Source: Bacteroidales bacterium
GTDB lineage: Bacteria; Bacteroidota; Bacteroidia; Bacteroidales; UBA10428
NCBI GenBank assembly: GCA_016930375.1
Contig: JAFGGU010000044.1
Coordinates: forward strand, 2,529 to 66,528
DNA: 64,000 nucleotides
Direction: 5' to 3'
Numbering within the stretch: the first letter of the stretch is position 1; each line of letters begins with the position of its first letter. Below, piece by piece: positions 9,835-19,825 of the stretch. The notes below the pieces were generated by a model. That model saw nothing but the letters and a program-made list of their open reading frames with translations. It ran no database searches and had not been told where the DNA came from. Position numbers and translations under genes: made by a program.

Positions 9835-9923
9835 ACCTTAGCACATGAAATTTATGGGTAATCTTAATTACCTATAAAAATAGCGATCATGAAATCAGAT
9901 AACAAGGGTTTTTGTCATCTGTA

Positions 9924-11147
9924 TCAGAACGCAGCCATCAGCAGGTCAATATTTTTTGAAGGAATGCCGAATTGGTTGCCCAGGTATTCATTGGTTAGAA
10001 TTCCATTGTAAATATACACGCTGTTCCGAACGCCCAGATTGGCTTTCAGAAAGGGCTTGAACCCGCCTGAACTGCCAACGGTTACCAGGATCGGAGAGAG
10101 GATATTGCTTAAAGCGATGGACGCAGTGCGGGCAACCCTGGAGGGCAGATTGGGAACCGTATAATGAATTACATTATGTTTGGTATAGGTGGAGTCCTGC
10201 AATGTCCTGTACTCTGATGTTTCAATGCACCCACCCTGATCGATGCTCAGGTCGATCACGACCGATCCCTTTTTCATTTCCTTAACCATATCTTCGGTCA
10301 CAAAATAGTGCGGACCGGTATCCCAGAGGTTAAGCGCTCCAATGACAACATCTGCCGATTTTAAAGCACGCCGTAAAACTTTCGGATGAAAAATTGATGT
10401 ATGGAGCCGCAGGCCAAGGCAACGCTGCAAGGCTTCGAGCTTTTGCGGGGAATTATCAAATACCTTTACAAGCGCTCCCAGTCCGAGAGCCGCTCTGGCT
10501 GCAAATTCGGCAATGGTATCTGCGCCAATGATAATGACCTCGGTTGGCGTGATGCCCGAAATGCCTCCCAAAAGCACTCCCTTGCCTCCGTTTTGATTAC
10601 TAAGCAGTTCGGCAGCAATGTTAATGGCAGAAATTCCTGAAATGGCGCTCATGGATTGTATTACAGGGTAGTAATCGTGTTCATCCCTGATCTGCTCAAT
10701 GGCAAATGCGGTTACTTTTTTGTCCATCAGGGCGCGGATATATTCCTCTGATTGTTTGGTCAGATGAACTGATGAAAGGATCACCTGGTTCCCCTTCAGC
10801 ATTTCAATCTCTTTGATCTCAAGGGAAGACACTTTTATAATGATATCGGCATTTAAGACCTGCTTTTTGCTTTCAATGATAAATGCACCGCATTCGCTGT
10901 AATCATTATCATTATACCTTGCTCCCTCACCGGCTTTTGATTCGAGAAGAACTTCATGGCCTTTTTCAACAAGTACTTCAACAGCTTCGGGAGTTAACGA
11001 AACGCGTTGCTCTATCAGCTGTTTTTCACGGGGGATGCCAATGGTAAGCTTTTTGTACTTTTTCCCCACGGCAAGCATTTCTTCCTGAGGTATGATGCCG
11101 CCATACATTAACGGATTGCTAGCAGGTTCAGGTCGTTGATCTACCAT
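9924..11147 (-). CDS. ald: Alanine dehydrogenase / PNT-family NAD(H)-binding dehydrogenase
   Basis: AlaDH/PNT architecture. N-terminal domain: IGIPREK...RVSLTPEAV. Rossmann motif: VIIIGADTIAEFAARAALGLGA. Also contains VVIDLSIDQGGC. Confidence 0.75.
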   Translation of the reverse strand: MVDQRPEPASNPLMYGGIIPQEEMLAVGKKYKKLTIGIPREKQLIEQRVSLTPEAVEVLVEKGHEVLLESKAGEGARYNDNDYSECGAFIIESKKQVLNADIIIKVSSLEIKEIEMLKGNQVILSSVHLTKQSEEYIRALMDKKVTAFAIEQIRDEHDYYPVIQSMSAISGISAINIAAELLSNQNGGKGVLLGGISGITPTEVIIIGADTIAEFAARAALGLGALVKVFDNSPQKLEALQRCLGLRLHTSIFHPKVLRRALKSADVVIGALNLWDTGPHYFVTEDMVKEMKKGSVVIDLSIDQGGCIETSEYRTLQDSTYTKHNVIHYTVPNLPSRVARTASIALSNILSPILVTVGSSGGFKPFLKANLGVRNSVYIYNGILTNEYLGNQFGIPSKNIDLLMAAF

Positions 11148-11237
11148 GACTTTCAGGTTAAATTAGGACGCAAACAGACTAAGGTAATACAAATACAACA
11201 GATCATCAAATATTTCTGGCGGTGTTGAACAGAATAT

Positions 11238-11660
11238 TCAGAAGGTGATTTGCACGAGCCGGCTGTTGACACCGGTTTCTGTCAGTATTACCTTTACGGT
11301 GTCGTCGGGGAGCAAAGCCTCAGCTTTATCAGCCCATTCAATGAAGATATAATGGTTGTTATAGAAATATTCTTCATAGCCGAAATCGTAAAGCTCGCTG
11401 ATGGAATTGATACGGTAAAGATCCAGGTGATAAAGTATTTCTCCCTGGCGGGTATGGTATTCATTTACCAGGGCAAAAGTAGGACTGGTAACAACATCGG
11501 TCGCACCGAGTTCACCGCAAATGGCTTTTATGAGTGTGGTTTTCCCCGATCCCATGGGCCCGTAAAAAGCAAAAGTTCTGAATCCCTGCACAATGAAAAG
11601 AAAAGTTTTTGCAGCCTCTGCCATTTGATCCGGTGAACTGATTTTAAAAGTCTGCATCAT
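11238..11660 (-). CDS. tsaE: tRNA t6A37 threonylcarbamoyladenosine biosynthesis ATPase TsaE
   Basis: 140 aa with Walker A GPMGSGKTT followed by TSPTFALVNEY and HLDLYR, which are diagnostic of TsaE/YjeE. Confidence 0.9.
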   Translation of the reverse strand: MMQTFKISSPDQMAEAAKTFLFIVQGFRTFAFYGPMGSGKTTLIKAICGELGATDVVTSPTFALVNEYHTRQGEILYHLDLYRINSISELYDFGYEEYFYNNHYIFIEWADKAEALLPDDTVKVILTETGVNSRLVQITF

Positions 11661-11673
11661 AAGGAGGCAATTC

Positions 11674-13239
11674 TTACCTGGGATTCAGGGTGACCACCGG
11701 GACGATCATTTCTTCCATGGATATTCCGCCATGCTGAAAGGTATTCCGGTAGTAGTTCACATAGTAGTTGTAATTGTTGGGATATGCAAAAAAGTCAGTA
11801 TTCAGGGCAAATATGTAACCCGAACTTACATCCGCTTTTGGAAGGTGAGCCAAATGGGGATCCCTGATCTCAAAAACTTCACGGGGATTGTAATTGAGGT
11901 TTTTCCCCATTTTATAACGCAGATTGGCTGATGTTTTTTTGTCGCCAACAACCTTTATGGGATTGCTTACGCGTATGGATCCATGATCGGTGGTCACGAC
12001 AACCGAAATACCTTTATCGGATAACAACCTGATAATATCCAGCAATTGTGAATGCTGAAACCAGGATATGATCAGCGACCTGTAAGCCGAGTCATTGGCT
12101 GCCAGTTCACGGATCATTTCAAGCTCGGTATTGGCATGTGACAGGAGATCGATAAAATTGTAGACAATAACCACAAGATCATAGTTCAGGAGATTTGAAA
12201 AATTCTCCACAAGCTTTTTACCGGTTTTTGTATGGATGATCTTTTCGTAATAGACCCTGTATTTTTTTCCAAGCCTCGCAAGTTGTTTCCGGAGCAGTTC
12301 TTCCTCGTTCAGGTTTTTACCTCCTTCTTCGTCATCGTGAAGCCAAAGACCGGGATTCAAGGAGGAAATTTCCTGTGGCATCAAACCTGAAAACATGGCA
12401 TTGCGGGCATATTGTGTTGCAGTAGGCAGAATGCTGCAGAAGAGTGAATCATCAACCGCCGTGTAATATTCACTGATAATAGGGTAAAGGATACGCCACT
12501 GGTCAAGACGCAAATTATCTATCAGGATGACGAAAACTTGTTGATTCCTGTCAAGGAGCGGGATGATCTTCTCCCTGAAAACACCGGGTGAAAGGAGAGG
12601 TTTGACGGCATTCTTATCGGTGAACCAGGTCAGGTAATTATTGCGGATAAACTTACTGAAGCCCTGTCCGGCTTCCGATTTCTGCATCCGCAACACTTCG
12701 TACATTCCTGAGTCATCGGAACGCTCCAATTCAAGTTCCCAGTAAACCATTTTCCGGTAAATTTCTTCCCAGTGATGGTAATTTACAGCCTTGTTGATCT
12801 CATTTCCCAGGTTACGAAACTCAGCCTGGTAAGCGGAAGTCGTTTCACGTGTTATGAGCTTTTTGGTGTCCAGGTTCTTTTTAATCGATAACAGGATCTG
12901 TTTGGGATTGACCGGTTTAATGAGGTAGTCGGAGATTTTTGAGCCGATGGCTGTATCCATGATATTTTCTTCCTCGCTCTTAGTGATCATCACAACCGGT
13001 ATGCCGGAATTGATGACCCTGATTTTGTTAAGCGTTTCAATGCCGCTTAAACCCGGCATGTTTTCGTCGAGCAGAACAAGGTCGAAGTGCGCGTTCTGGA
13101 TCTTATCCACGGCATCGCTCCCGTTTGTGGCCGTGTCAATGGAATATCCCTTTTCTTCAAGGAAAAGAATATGCGGTTTCAACAGATCAATCTCATCATC
13201 TGTCCAAAGAATTCGGATTTTTTTAGGGTCAGGGGTCAT
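11674..13239 (-). CDS. porX: PorX-type response regulator (receiver domain fused to a PglZ/alkaline-phosphatase-superfamily domain)
   Basis: Receiver: ILWTDDE...DLVLLDENMPG...KP. PglZ-like motifs: LPTATQYARNAMFSG, DLLSH, TTDHGS. The 521-aa length matches the PorX architecture. Confidence 0.8.
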   Translation of the reverse strand: MTPDPKKIRILWTDDEIDLLKPHILFLEEKGYSIDTATNGSDAVDKIQNAHFDLVLLDENMPGLSGIETLNKIRVINSGIPVVMITKSEEENIMDTAIGSKISDYLIKPVNPKQILLSIKKNLDTKKLITRETTSAYQAEFRNLGNEINKAVNYHHWEEIYRKMVYWELELERSDDSGMYEVLRMQKSEAGQGFSKFIRNNYLTWFTDKNAVKPLLSPGVFREKIIPLLDRNQQVFVILIDNLRLDQWRILYPIISEYYTAVDDSLFCSILPTATQYARNAMFSGLMPQEISSLNPGLWLHDDEEGGKNLNEEELLRKQLARLGKKYRVYYEKIIHTKTGKKLVENFSNLLNYDLVVIVYNFIDLLSHANTELEMIRELAANDSAYRSLIISWFQHSQLLDIIRLLSDKGISVVVTTDHGSIRVSNPIKVVGDKKTSANLRYKMGKNLNYNPREVFEIRDPHLAHLPKADVSSGYIFALNTDFFAYPNNYNYYVNYYRNTFQHGGISMEEMIVPVVTLNPR

Positions 13240-15896
13240 GGGTAGTTTTCATTGAAAAACATCAGGTAGCGCTCAACTGATTTATCCTCTTTCAGCACAT
13301 TCAGGTTTCCCTCGGAAATGGCCAGGGGAATTAACTGCAATTCGGGCATATCCTTAAAAACTGCTTCAGAGGAACGAATGGTGTTCAGGTATTGCATAAC
13401 CTGCTGCTGGTTGGGGAATGGCTTTACCAGGATCAGGTTGTGGGAGGAATTCAGATCTGCAATATCAACCCTTAAATTAAGCTCGTCAAAATGATCAAGA
13501 TTGAAATTAATAATGTTAAAAATAAGCTGATTGGTGTTTATTTTTTTGTCCAGGACATAGGCAAAGACATGGGGTTCAGCGGAAGAATACCGGTAGAGAA
13601 TCTTGCTTTGCTTAATTTCCTCGGCTTCTTTGATTTCAGGATGTTCCTTATCCATATAATCAATCAGGTTTTGCGCATCACTGGCAATGTCGGTTCCCGG
13701 GTATTTCAGCACCAGGGCAGACAGATCTTCCCGGAATATTTTCTGATCGGAATTTTTGCCTTTTGCCAGCGTTCCAAGGTAAGTAAACTGAGGGATGAGG
13801 GGGTTTTCCGGGTAATTTATCAACGCATAGTCGGCACGGGCTATGACCTCAGCATAATTCCCCGTCCTGTAAAGCTCATAGGTTTGCTCGTAATACACCC
13901 GGACTGCCTTTTCTTCCGCTTCGAGCTCTCTAAAATAATCAGGATCAGAGAGCACCTTAGCATACATACTTTGCGGAAACTGGCTTGTAATCAAATTTTT
14001 ATAATAGTCGGCCATGGCCTGGTTGTTCTGGTCCCTGGCGATACCATAAAGATTGTAGTAAGATGAGAGCAGGTAAGCAGAACCCGGGAATCGCTTTATC
14101 AGGGATTTGAGTGATTCATTGGCCCTGTCGAAGTCTTTCAGTTCGTTCCTGTAAATCAACCCCATATTGTAAAGGGCAGGTTCAATACTGTTAACAACAG
14201 CGTCAACCGCTGAATCGGTCATGGGTATATTCACAAGGTAATACTCCCGTGACAACTTGCTGAGGGACTGCTGGGGGATTGCTGCTTCAGCAACCTCTGT
14301 CTCCGTTTCTTCGGCGGTCCCCGCCGTGAAACCAACAGAAGATTTGGTAGATCGCTGCCAGTGATCTTCAAGTTTGCGGTTTCCCCATTTCAACTTGAAT
14401 TCACGGTAACCCAGGTTTTTCGCAGCATCGTTATAGAAATACCATTGGGTTGCTTCAGAAACAGTTTGCTGCCTGACATAACTTTGCCGGGTAACCTCAG
14501 AACCAAATTGTTCATCAAGTTGTTCCTGCAGTTCCCTTTGCCGGGCTTCTTCCTCCTTTTTTCTCTCGGCGTCAATAAATACGTCAATCCGGGCATATAA
14601 TTCTTCCTTGGGCAGCCTGGCCAGCAATAATACACTATCAGCAAGCTGGACCGTATTGATTTCATTTACCAGGCGTGTAAGGCTTTTTGATTTGGCAAAC
14701 AAGCCTTCATACCCGGGGTAACCAGGTTCAATAAGTGATACTGTGCTGTCATAATAAGCCTGGGCATGCGGGTAATCGGGTACAGCATAATAAAGATTGG
14801 CAAGCGTAAGGTAGGATCTGATTTTTTGCTGGTCATTGCCGGTGTTGGCTGCAATGGATTTCTGGTAATAGGTCAGCGCTTTTTCATTACTGCCTTCTTT
14901 GTTGGCAAGATTACCCAGGGCATAGTATATCTGGTCCTGGTAATCCGTATTTTTATCATCGTGCAGCATCTTATCCAGCTCCTTTTCGATATCTGCTGCC
15001 TGGCCGAATCCCTGTTCATAGGCAAGCGCCCTGTTAATGCGGGCATTGAATGCCATGTCATATACAGGGTTCAGTTTAATCACGCCTGCATAATAATCAG
15101 AAGCACGCTTGAGATCACCCGTTTTTTCGTAAAGCTGGGCAAGAACATACATGTAACGCGTACGTAATTTCTTTTGCCGTTCTGCAACCAAAGCTTTTTC
15201 AAGGTAGCTGATCGCTTGTATAGGGTCCGTTTGTTTGAGATAATAATCTGCCAGGGTGGTGTATAAATCAGGAAGAAGTTTTTTGGGGAATTCGGCATTA
15301 TTCAGAAGCATGGTCAGAATTTCATAGGCATCTTTATTTTGACCGGTTTGTATGAACAATCTGGAAAGCCATAATTGGGTTTCAGGCACAACGGACTGGT
15401 TTTTAAAATCATTCAGGATCAACCTGAAAATTTCAGAAGACTGCTCATATTCCTGTTTGTAAAGATGAGCCTTGCCCATTAACAGGTAAGCGTCATCGAC
15501 AAATAGATTGTACTCTCTTCTGCTGAAAAATTCACGCTCCTTCGGGGAAAGGTTCTTGCTGTCCTTGACTTTAGGTTTAGCGGTTATGGAATGCAGGGAG
15601 ATGAGTTTTGAGCATTTTTTAATGGTCCTGTCCATATCTGAGGAGGAGAGTCCAGCGGCATCCTTTTCCAGGAAAGGAAAGAGAGGCAGAATTTCGGAGT
15701 AATCATCCCTGAATCCTGATTCGATTTGGGCTTCCCCTCTTTTAAAACTTTCGTTGCCATTGAATAAAACATTGTATTTGGCCGTGAGGTTGTGAAATGC
15801 ACGCGACAGGCCGGTATTTTTCTGAACACTGCAGCTGGTAGGTAAGACCAGCAGAAGTGCAGCAGCAATAGAAATATAACCAATGGATTTATTCAA
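13236..15896 (-). CDS. TPR-repeat lipoprotein, probable T9SS component SprE/PorW
   Basis: Lipobox LVLPTSC. The post-Cys segment KNTGLSRAFHNLTAKYNVLFNG resembles the SprE/PorW N-terminus as I remember it. TPR-like repeats run throughout, and the 886-aa length is close to SprE. Family assignment was not verified by a search. Confidence 0.55.
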   Translation of the reverse strand: MNKSIGYISIAAALLLVLPTSCSVQKNTGLSRAFHNLTAKYNVLFNGNESFKRGEAQIESGFRDDYSEILPLFPFLEKDAAGLSSSDMDRTIKKCSKLISLHSITAKPKVKDSKNLSPKEREFFSRREYNLFVDDAYLLMGKAHLYKQEYEQSSEIFRLILNDFKNQSVVPETQLWLSRLFIQTGQNKDAYEILTMLLNNAEFPKKLLPDLYTTLADYYLKQTDPIQAISYLEKALVAERQKKLRTRYMYVLAQLYEKTGDLKRASDYYAGVIKLNPVYDMAFNARINRALAYEQGFGQAADIEKELDKMLHDDKNTDYQDQIYYALGNLANKEGSNEKALTYYQKSIAANTGNDQQKIRSYLTLANLYYAVPDYPHAQAYYDSTVSLIEPGYPGYEGLFAKSKSLTRLVNEINTVQLADSVLLLARLPKEELYARIDVFIDAERKKEEEARQRELQEQLDEQFGSEVTRQSYVRQQTVSEATQWYFYNDAAKNLGYREFKLKWGNRKLEDHWQRSTKSSVGFTAGTAEETETEVAEAAIPQQSLSKLSREYYLVNIPMTDSAVDAVVNSIEPALYNMGLIYRNELKDFDRANESLKSLIKRFPGSAYLLSSYYNLYGIARDQNNQAMADYYKNLITSQFPQSMYAKVLSDPDYFRELEAEEKAVRVYYEQTYELYRTGNYAEVIARADYALINYPENPLIPQFTYLGTLAKGKNSDQKIFREDLSALVLKYPGTDIASDAQNLIDYMDKEHPEIKEAEEIKQSKILYRYSSAEPHVFAYVLDKKINTNQLIFNIINFNLDHFDELNLRVDIADLNSSHNLILVKPFPNQQQVMQYLNTIRSSEAVFKDMPELQLIPLAISEGNLNVLKEDKSVERYLMFFNENYP

Positions 15897-16046
15897 TGCG
15901 CACTTGTTAATCAGTGATTATTTGCTTGTCAACAGGGAATTACTGTCAGATAAGTTAACTGTTATTCAGGTGAATTATTTTTCGGAGGTAAATTTATTTA
16001 ATGTAGCGTAAAGAAAAAAAAAACTTTACAGTTGCGGCGATCAGAG

Positions 16047-16751
16047 TTACTGAAGCCTGGTATAAGCCAGTGATGCGATGCTCACCGTGATGCCGGGAAC
16101 CGAAAGGAGAGCTTCAGCGCAGGCTTCAATGGTAGCTCCTGTGGTAATAACGTCATCAACCAGCAGGACATGCTGGTTATGAAGAGCTTCAGGAAAGGGA
16201 ATCCGAAAAGTATTCCTGACATTCTCCCATCTTTCATAACGTGATTTTCTGGTTTGCGATCTTGTATCTTCAACCCGGATAATCAGATCTTTTACCAGGG
16301 GAATTTGCAATATTTCAGCCATGCCACCTGCGATCAGTTCACTCTGGTTATATCCCCTTTTACGCAGTTTGTAGGGATGCAAAGGTACCGGGTGAATGAT
16401 ATCGGCCGTGCCAAAAGAAGTTCCCCGGAGCTCAAGTCCAAAAAGCCTGCCCATTTCAGTGCCCACAAATTCCTGTCCTTTGTATTTCAGTTCATGGAGT
16501 ATTTTCCGGTATCGGCTTTCCTTGTTGAATAGAATGAATGAAGTAGCATTTCTGACAGGGATACGGCCCCAGAATAAACGGGCCACTTCATTATCAACGT
16601 GAGCATGGAACCCTGTCCTCGGCAACTCAGTAAAACATTTCAGGCACAACACTTTTTCGTTAAAGTAAAGCACACTGCCGCATGCAGCGCAAACATGCGG
16701 GTAAAAGATGCTGACCAGGCCCTGCAGGTATTGTTTCAGAGGGGTTGCCAA
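16047..16751 (-). CDS. comF: ComF-family phosphoribosyltransferase-domain protein
   Basis: N-terminal CxxC...CxxC zinc-finger-like pairs (CAACGS...CLKC) and a C-terminal PRTase motif VLLVDDVITTGAT. Confidence 0.8.
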   Translation of the reverse strand: MATPLKQYLQGLVSIFYPHVCAACGSVLYFNEKVLCLKCFTELPRTGFHAHVDNEVARLFWGRIPVRNATSFILFNKESRYRKILHELKYKGQEFVGTEMGRLFGLELRGTSFGTADIIHPVPLHPYKLRKRGYNQSELIAGGMAEILQIPLVKDLIIRVEDTRSQTRKSRYERWENVRNTFRIPFPEALHNQHVLLVDDVITTGATIEACAEALLSVPGITVSIASLAYTRLQ

Positions 16752-16771
16752 AAAGGGATTATTTAAAGTTC

Positions 16772-17191
16772 TTATATTTCGTTAATTTTGATTTCGTAGG
16801 AGATCTCGCAGGAATCCTTTAGTGTGGCACTTACTCCGCAATACTTTTCCTGGGATAGTTCAACGGCACGTTGTAACTTGTCAGCCGGAAGGTTAATACC
16901 GGAAAATTCATAGATCAGTTTTATCGCCGTATAGCGTTTAGGATGATCTTCTGTAAGTTCAGCAATTACACGCATATAAAAGCCTGTCACTTCCACTTTC
17001 ATTTTTCGTAAGATCGAAATTACATCCATGCCCGTGCAGCCTGCAAGAGAAACCATGAGCAGGGGTTTAGGTCGTGGACCGCTGTTTTTCCCGCCAACCT
17101 CCGGCTTGGCGTCCATAACTATCCGGTGTTCATCAACAACTGCTTCAAAGGCCATATCACCTGTCCATTTAACATTAATTGCATCTTTCAT
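16772..17191 (-). CDS. OsmC/Ohr-family peroxiredoxin-like protein
   Basis: 139 aa with GPRPKPLLMVSLAGCTGMDV and KYCGVSATL, the two conserved Cys contexts of the OsmC family. Confidence 0.8.
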   Translation of the reverse strand: MKDAINVKWTGDMAFEAVVDEHRIVMDAKPEVGGKNSGPRPKPLLMVSLAGCTGMDVISILRKMKVEVTGFYMRVIAELTEDHPKRYTAIKLIYEFSGINLPADKLQRAVELSQEKYCGVSATLKDSCEISYEIKINEI

Positions 17192-17221
17192 GTTTTTTTG
17201 TTTTTTTTGGTACCTTTATTA

Positions 17222-17229
17222 CAAATTTA
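17222..17229 (-). promoter_or_regulatory. Candidate Bacteroidota -7 box (TAAATTTG) for the osmC-like gene
   Basis: The minus strand reads TAAATTTG, matching TAnnTTTG, about 31 nt upstream of the ATG at 17191. Motif match only. Confidence 0.3.
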
Positions 17230-17259
17230 GCTATTATTCGCACTGACATATATTGAAAT

Positions 17260-17964
17260 ATGAAAAACCAAGTAACAACTGTAAAGAAAGAATGTTTCAT
17301 CGACAATTCTTCCATATTCAGGCATCTGACGCAGGAAGAACTTGCCATCATTCCCATCGACCAGGAACCGGATACCTACAAGCGCGGTACCATTATTTAT
17401 TCGGAAGGCAGTCGTATTAATGGTTTTTATTGTGTTCAGAAAGGGATCATCAAAATATACAAAACCGGATTTGATGGTAAGGAGCAGATCATCCGTTTTG
17501 CCAAAAAGGGAGACATCATGGGATTCAGATCAACCATAACCCGGGAACGGGCCTGTACATCCGCCAAAGTGCTTGAGGACGCCTTTATTTGCTTTGTACA
17601 TGCTGATACTGTTCTGGAGTTTGTGAAGCATAACGGCAATTTTGCCCTGGAATTACTTCAGATTGCCTGTAAGGAACTGGGGGAAGCCAATGATTATATT
17701 ACGGATATCGCCCAAAAAACGGTTCGTGAACGGCTTGCGGAGGTGCTGATCCATTTGCGCAAGGATTTCGACCTGGACAATGAAAAGTATTTACAGATTA
17801 CCCTCACGCGCGAGGAATTGGCGAATATGGTTGGCACAGCGACGGAATCTGTCATCAGGCTTTTATCTGAATTTAAACAGGATGGCCTGATCGAGTTACA
17901 TGGACGCAGGATCAAAATTCTGGATGAAAAGACCCTGTTTAAAATCAGTAACCTGAACGATTGA
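17260..17964 (+). CDS. Crp/Fnr-family transcriptional regulator
   Basis: cNMP-binding-like N-terminal domain (GFYCVQKGIIKIYK...GDIMGF) and a C-terminal HTH (TREELANMVGTATESVIRLLSEF). Confidence 0.85.
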   Translation: MKNQVTTVKKECFIDNSSIFRHLTQEELAIIPIDQEPDTYKRGTIIYSEGSRINGFYCVQKGIIKIYKTGFDGKEQIIRFAKKGDIMGFRSTITRERACTSAKVLEDAFICFVHADTVLEFVKHNGNFALELLQIACKELGEANDYITDIAQKTVRERLAEVLIHLRKDFDLDNEKYLQITLTREELANMVGTATESVIRLLSEFKQDGLIELHGRRIKILDEKTLFKISNLND

Positions 17965-18000
17965 TCGGCTGTTAAATTCAAATTAATTTATCAAAATACC

Positions 18001-18813
18001 ATGGATTGGCACGCGATTTTCTTCGCGTTTGGATTGACACTCTTTGCGGGACTGGCAACCGGAGTAGGAAGTGCAATAGCATTCTTTGCGCGTACTACAA
18101 ATACGAAGTTTCTTTCAGTTTCCCTGGGATTTTCCGCAGGAGTTATGATTTATGTGTCGATGATTGAGATATTCTTCAAGGCAAAAATCTCTCTTGTCAG
18201 TGTTCTGGGTGACCAGGCCGGATACTGGGCAACGGTGGCATCCTTCTTTGGCGGAGTTTTATTGATCGCCATCATTGACCGGATGGTGCCGGAAATGGAA
18301 AATCCGCACGAATTAAAACGGATAGAAGATGCTGAGCATCCGACGGACGAATTCCGAAAGAAAAAGCTTTTGCGTATGGGATTGTTTTCTGCCCTGGCAA
18401 TAGGAATTCATAATTTTCCGGAAGGGCTGGCCACATTTACAGCTGCACTTAAAGAACCTGCGCTGGGTATTGCCATTGCCGTGGCCATAGCCATTCACAA
18501 TATTCCCGAAGGTATCGCTGTCTCCGTACCGGTTTATTATGCAACCGGCAACAAACGCAAGGCATTCCGGTTATCTTTTCTGTCTGGTCTGGCTGAGCCC
18601 ATCGGGGCAATAATTGGATTTCTGATACTAATGCCATTTCTGAACGATGTGGTATTCGGCATTTTGTTTGCTGCGGTTGCCGGCATTATGATATTTATAT
18701 CGATTGATGAACTGTTACCGGCTGCCCGGGAATATGGCCAGGCTCATCTGTCGATTTACGGAGTGATCGCCGGCATGGTTGTCATGGCAGTCAGTTTGTT
18801 GCTTTTTGCATGA
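18001..18813 (+). CDS. zupT: ZIP-family zinc transporter ZupT
   Basis: Contains [10 protein letters not shown] and [13 protein letters not shown] motifs. 270 aa with multiple TM segments. Confidence 0.85.
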   Translation: MDWHAIFFAFGLTLFAGLATGVGSAIAFFARTTNTKFLSVSLGFSAGVMIYVSMIEIFFKAKISLVSVLGDQAGYWATVASFFGGVLLIAIIDRMVPEMENPHELKRIEDAEHPTDEFRKKKLLRMGLFSALAIGIHNFPEGLATFTAALKEPALGIAIAVAIAIHNIPEGIAVSVPVYYATGNKRKAFRLSFLSGLAEPIGAIIGFLILMPFLNDVVFGILFAAVAGIMIFISIDELLPAAREYGQAHLSIYGVIAGMVVMAVSLLLFA

Positions 18814-18846
18814 AATCAATAGTCCAGGGAATGCAAAGATTACCAT

Positions 18847-19764
18847 ATGGCACAACGGGAGCGGGACATTAAATCAGCCTCCTGGGTTGGCATTTTCGGG
18901 AATGCTTTTCTGTCGGTCCTGAAAATAGTCGCAGGTTTCATATCCGGCAGTCTGGCTGTTGTGGCGGACGGAATTGATTCTTCCACAGACATCATCACAT
19001 CGGTAATTACACTTTTAACTGCAAGGGTTTTAAACAAAGCTCCAAACAAAAAGTATCCTTACGGGTATGACAAGGCAGATACCATTGCCACCAAACTGCT
19101 CTCCTTCATCATCTTTTTTGCCGGTGCGCAATTGCTGATCACAACCGTCAGGAAACTGATCTCCGGTGTCAGCCACGAAGCGCCGGGCAAATTGGCCGTT
19201 ATCATCACCCTGGTTTCCATCCTGGGCAAGTTGCTGCTTTCCTTCCACCAGTTCAGGGCTGGCAGGAAAACAAACAGTGCCATGTTGATCGCCAATGGCA
19301 GGAACATGCAGAACGACGTAATCATCTCAGGGTCGGTCTTGCTTGGCCTGGTTTTTATTTACGTATTCAAAATGCCTGTTCTCGATATCATAACTGCTTT
19401 GCTGGTTAGTTTATGGGTCCTCCGGGTAGCTGTCAATATCTTCAAGGAAACCAGCCTGGAACTTATGGACGGTACCAAGGACTGCACGATTTATGAAAAG
19501 ATTTTTGATGCCATCGATGCAGTAGAGGGGGCGCATCATCCCCACAGGGTCAGGGCCAGAAATATTGGGCATAAGATCATGATTGCCATTGATCTCGAGG
19601 TTGACGGGGAACTGACACTGCATGAAGCACACGAAATTGCCCACCGGGTGGAGGACTCCATCAAATCGAAAATTGACAATGTTTTTGATGTAGCCATCCA
19701 TATTGAACCTCTGGGCGATAAAAAAGAGGAGAAGGCTTTCGGAATCACCAAGGAAAACCTGTAG
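18847..19764 (+). CDS. Cation diffusion facilitator (CDF) family metal efflux transporter
   Basis: Contains SLAVVADGIDSSTD, six TM segments, and a C-terminal cytoplasmic domain with HHPHRVRARNIGHKIMIAIDLEV. Confidence 0.85.
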   Translation: MAQRERDIKSASWVGIFGNAFLSVLKIVAGFISGSLAVVADGIDSSTDIITSVITLLTARVLNKAPNKKYPYGYDKADTIATKLLSFIIFFAGAQLLITTVRKLISGVSHEAPGKLAVIITLVSILGKLLLSFHQFRAGRKTNSAMLIANGRNMQNDVIISGSVLLGLVFIYVFKMPVLDIITALLVSLWVLRVAVNIFKETSLELMDGTKDCTIYEKIFDAIDAVEGAHHPHRVRARNIGHKIMIAIDLEVDGELTLHEAHEIAHRVEDSIKSKIDNVFDVAIHIEPLGDKKEEKAFGITKENL

Positions 19765-19825
19765 TATTCAAGCGGGATAAAGACCTACCAAAATCTTTTG
19801 TACCTTTTCCAAATATTTCAATACC

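Noticed and set aside
16008-16029. GTAAAG-A10-CTTTAC hairpin between comF and the sprE-like gene, considered as a terminator or slippery homopolymer
   Set aside because: The stem is a 6-bp AU-rich helix with a 10-nt homopolymer loop, which is very weak. It is non-coding, so tract-length changes have no obvious consequence.
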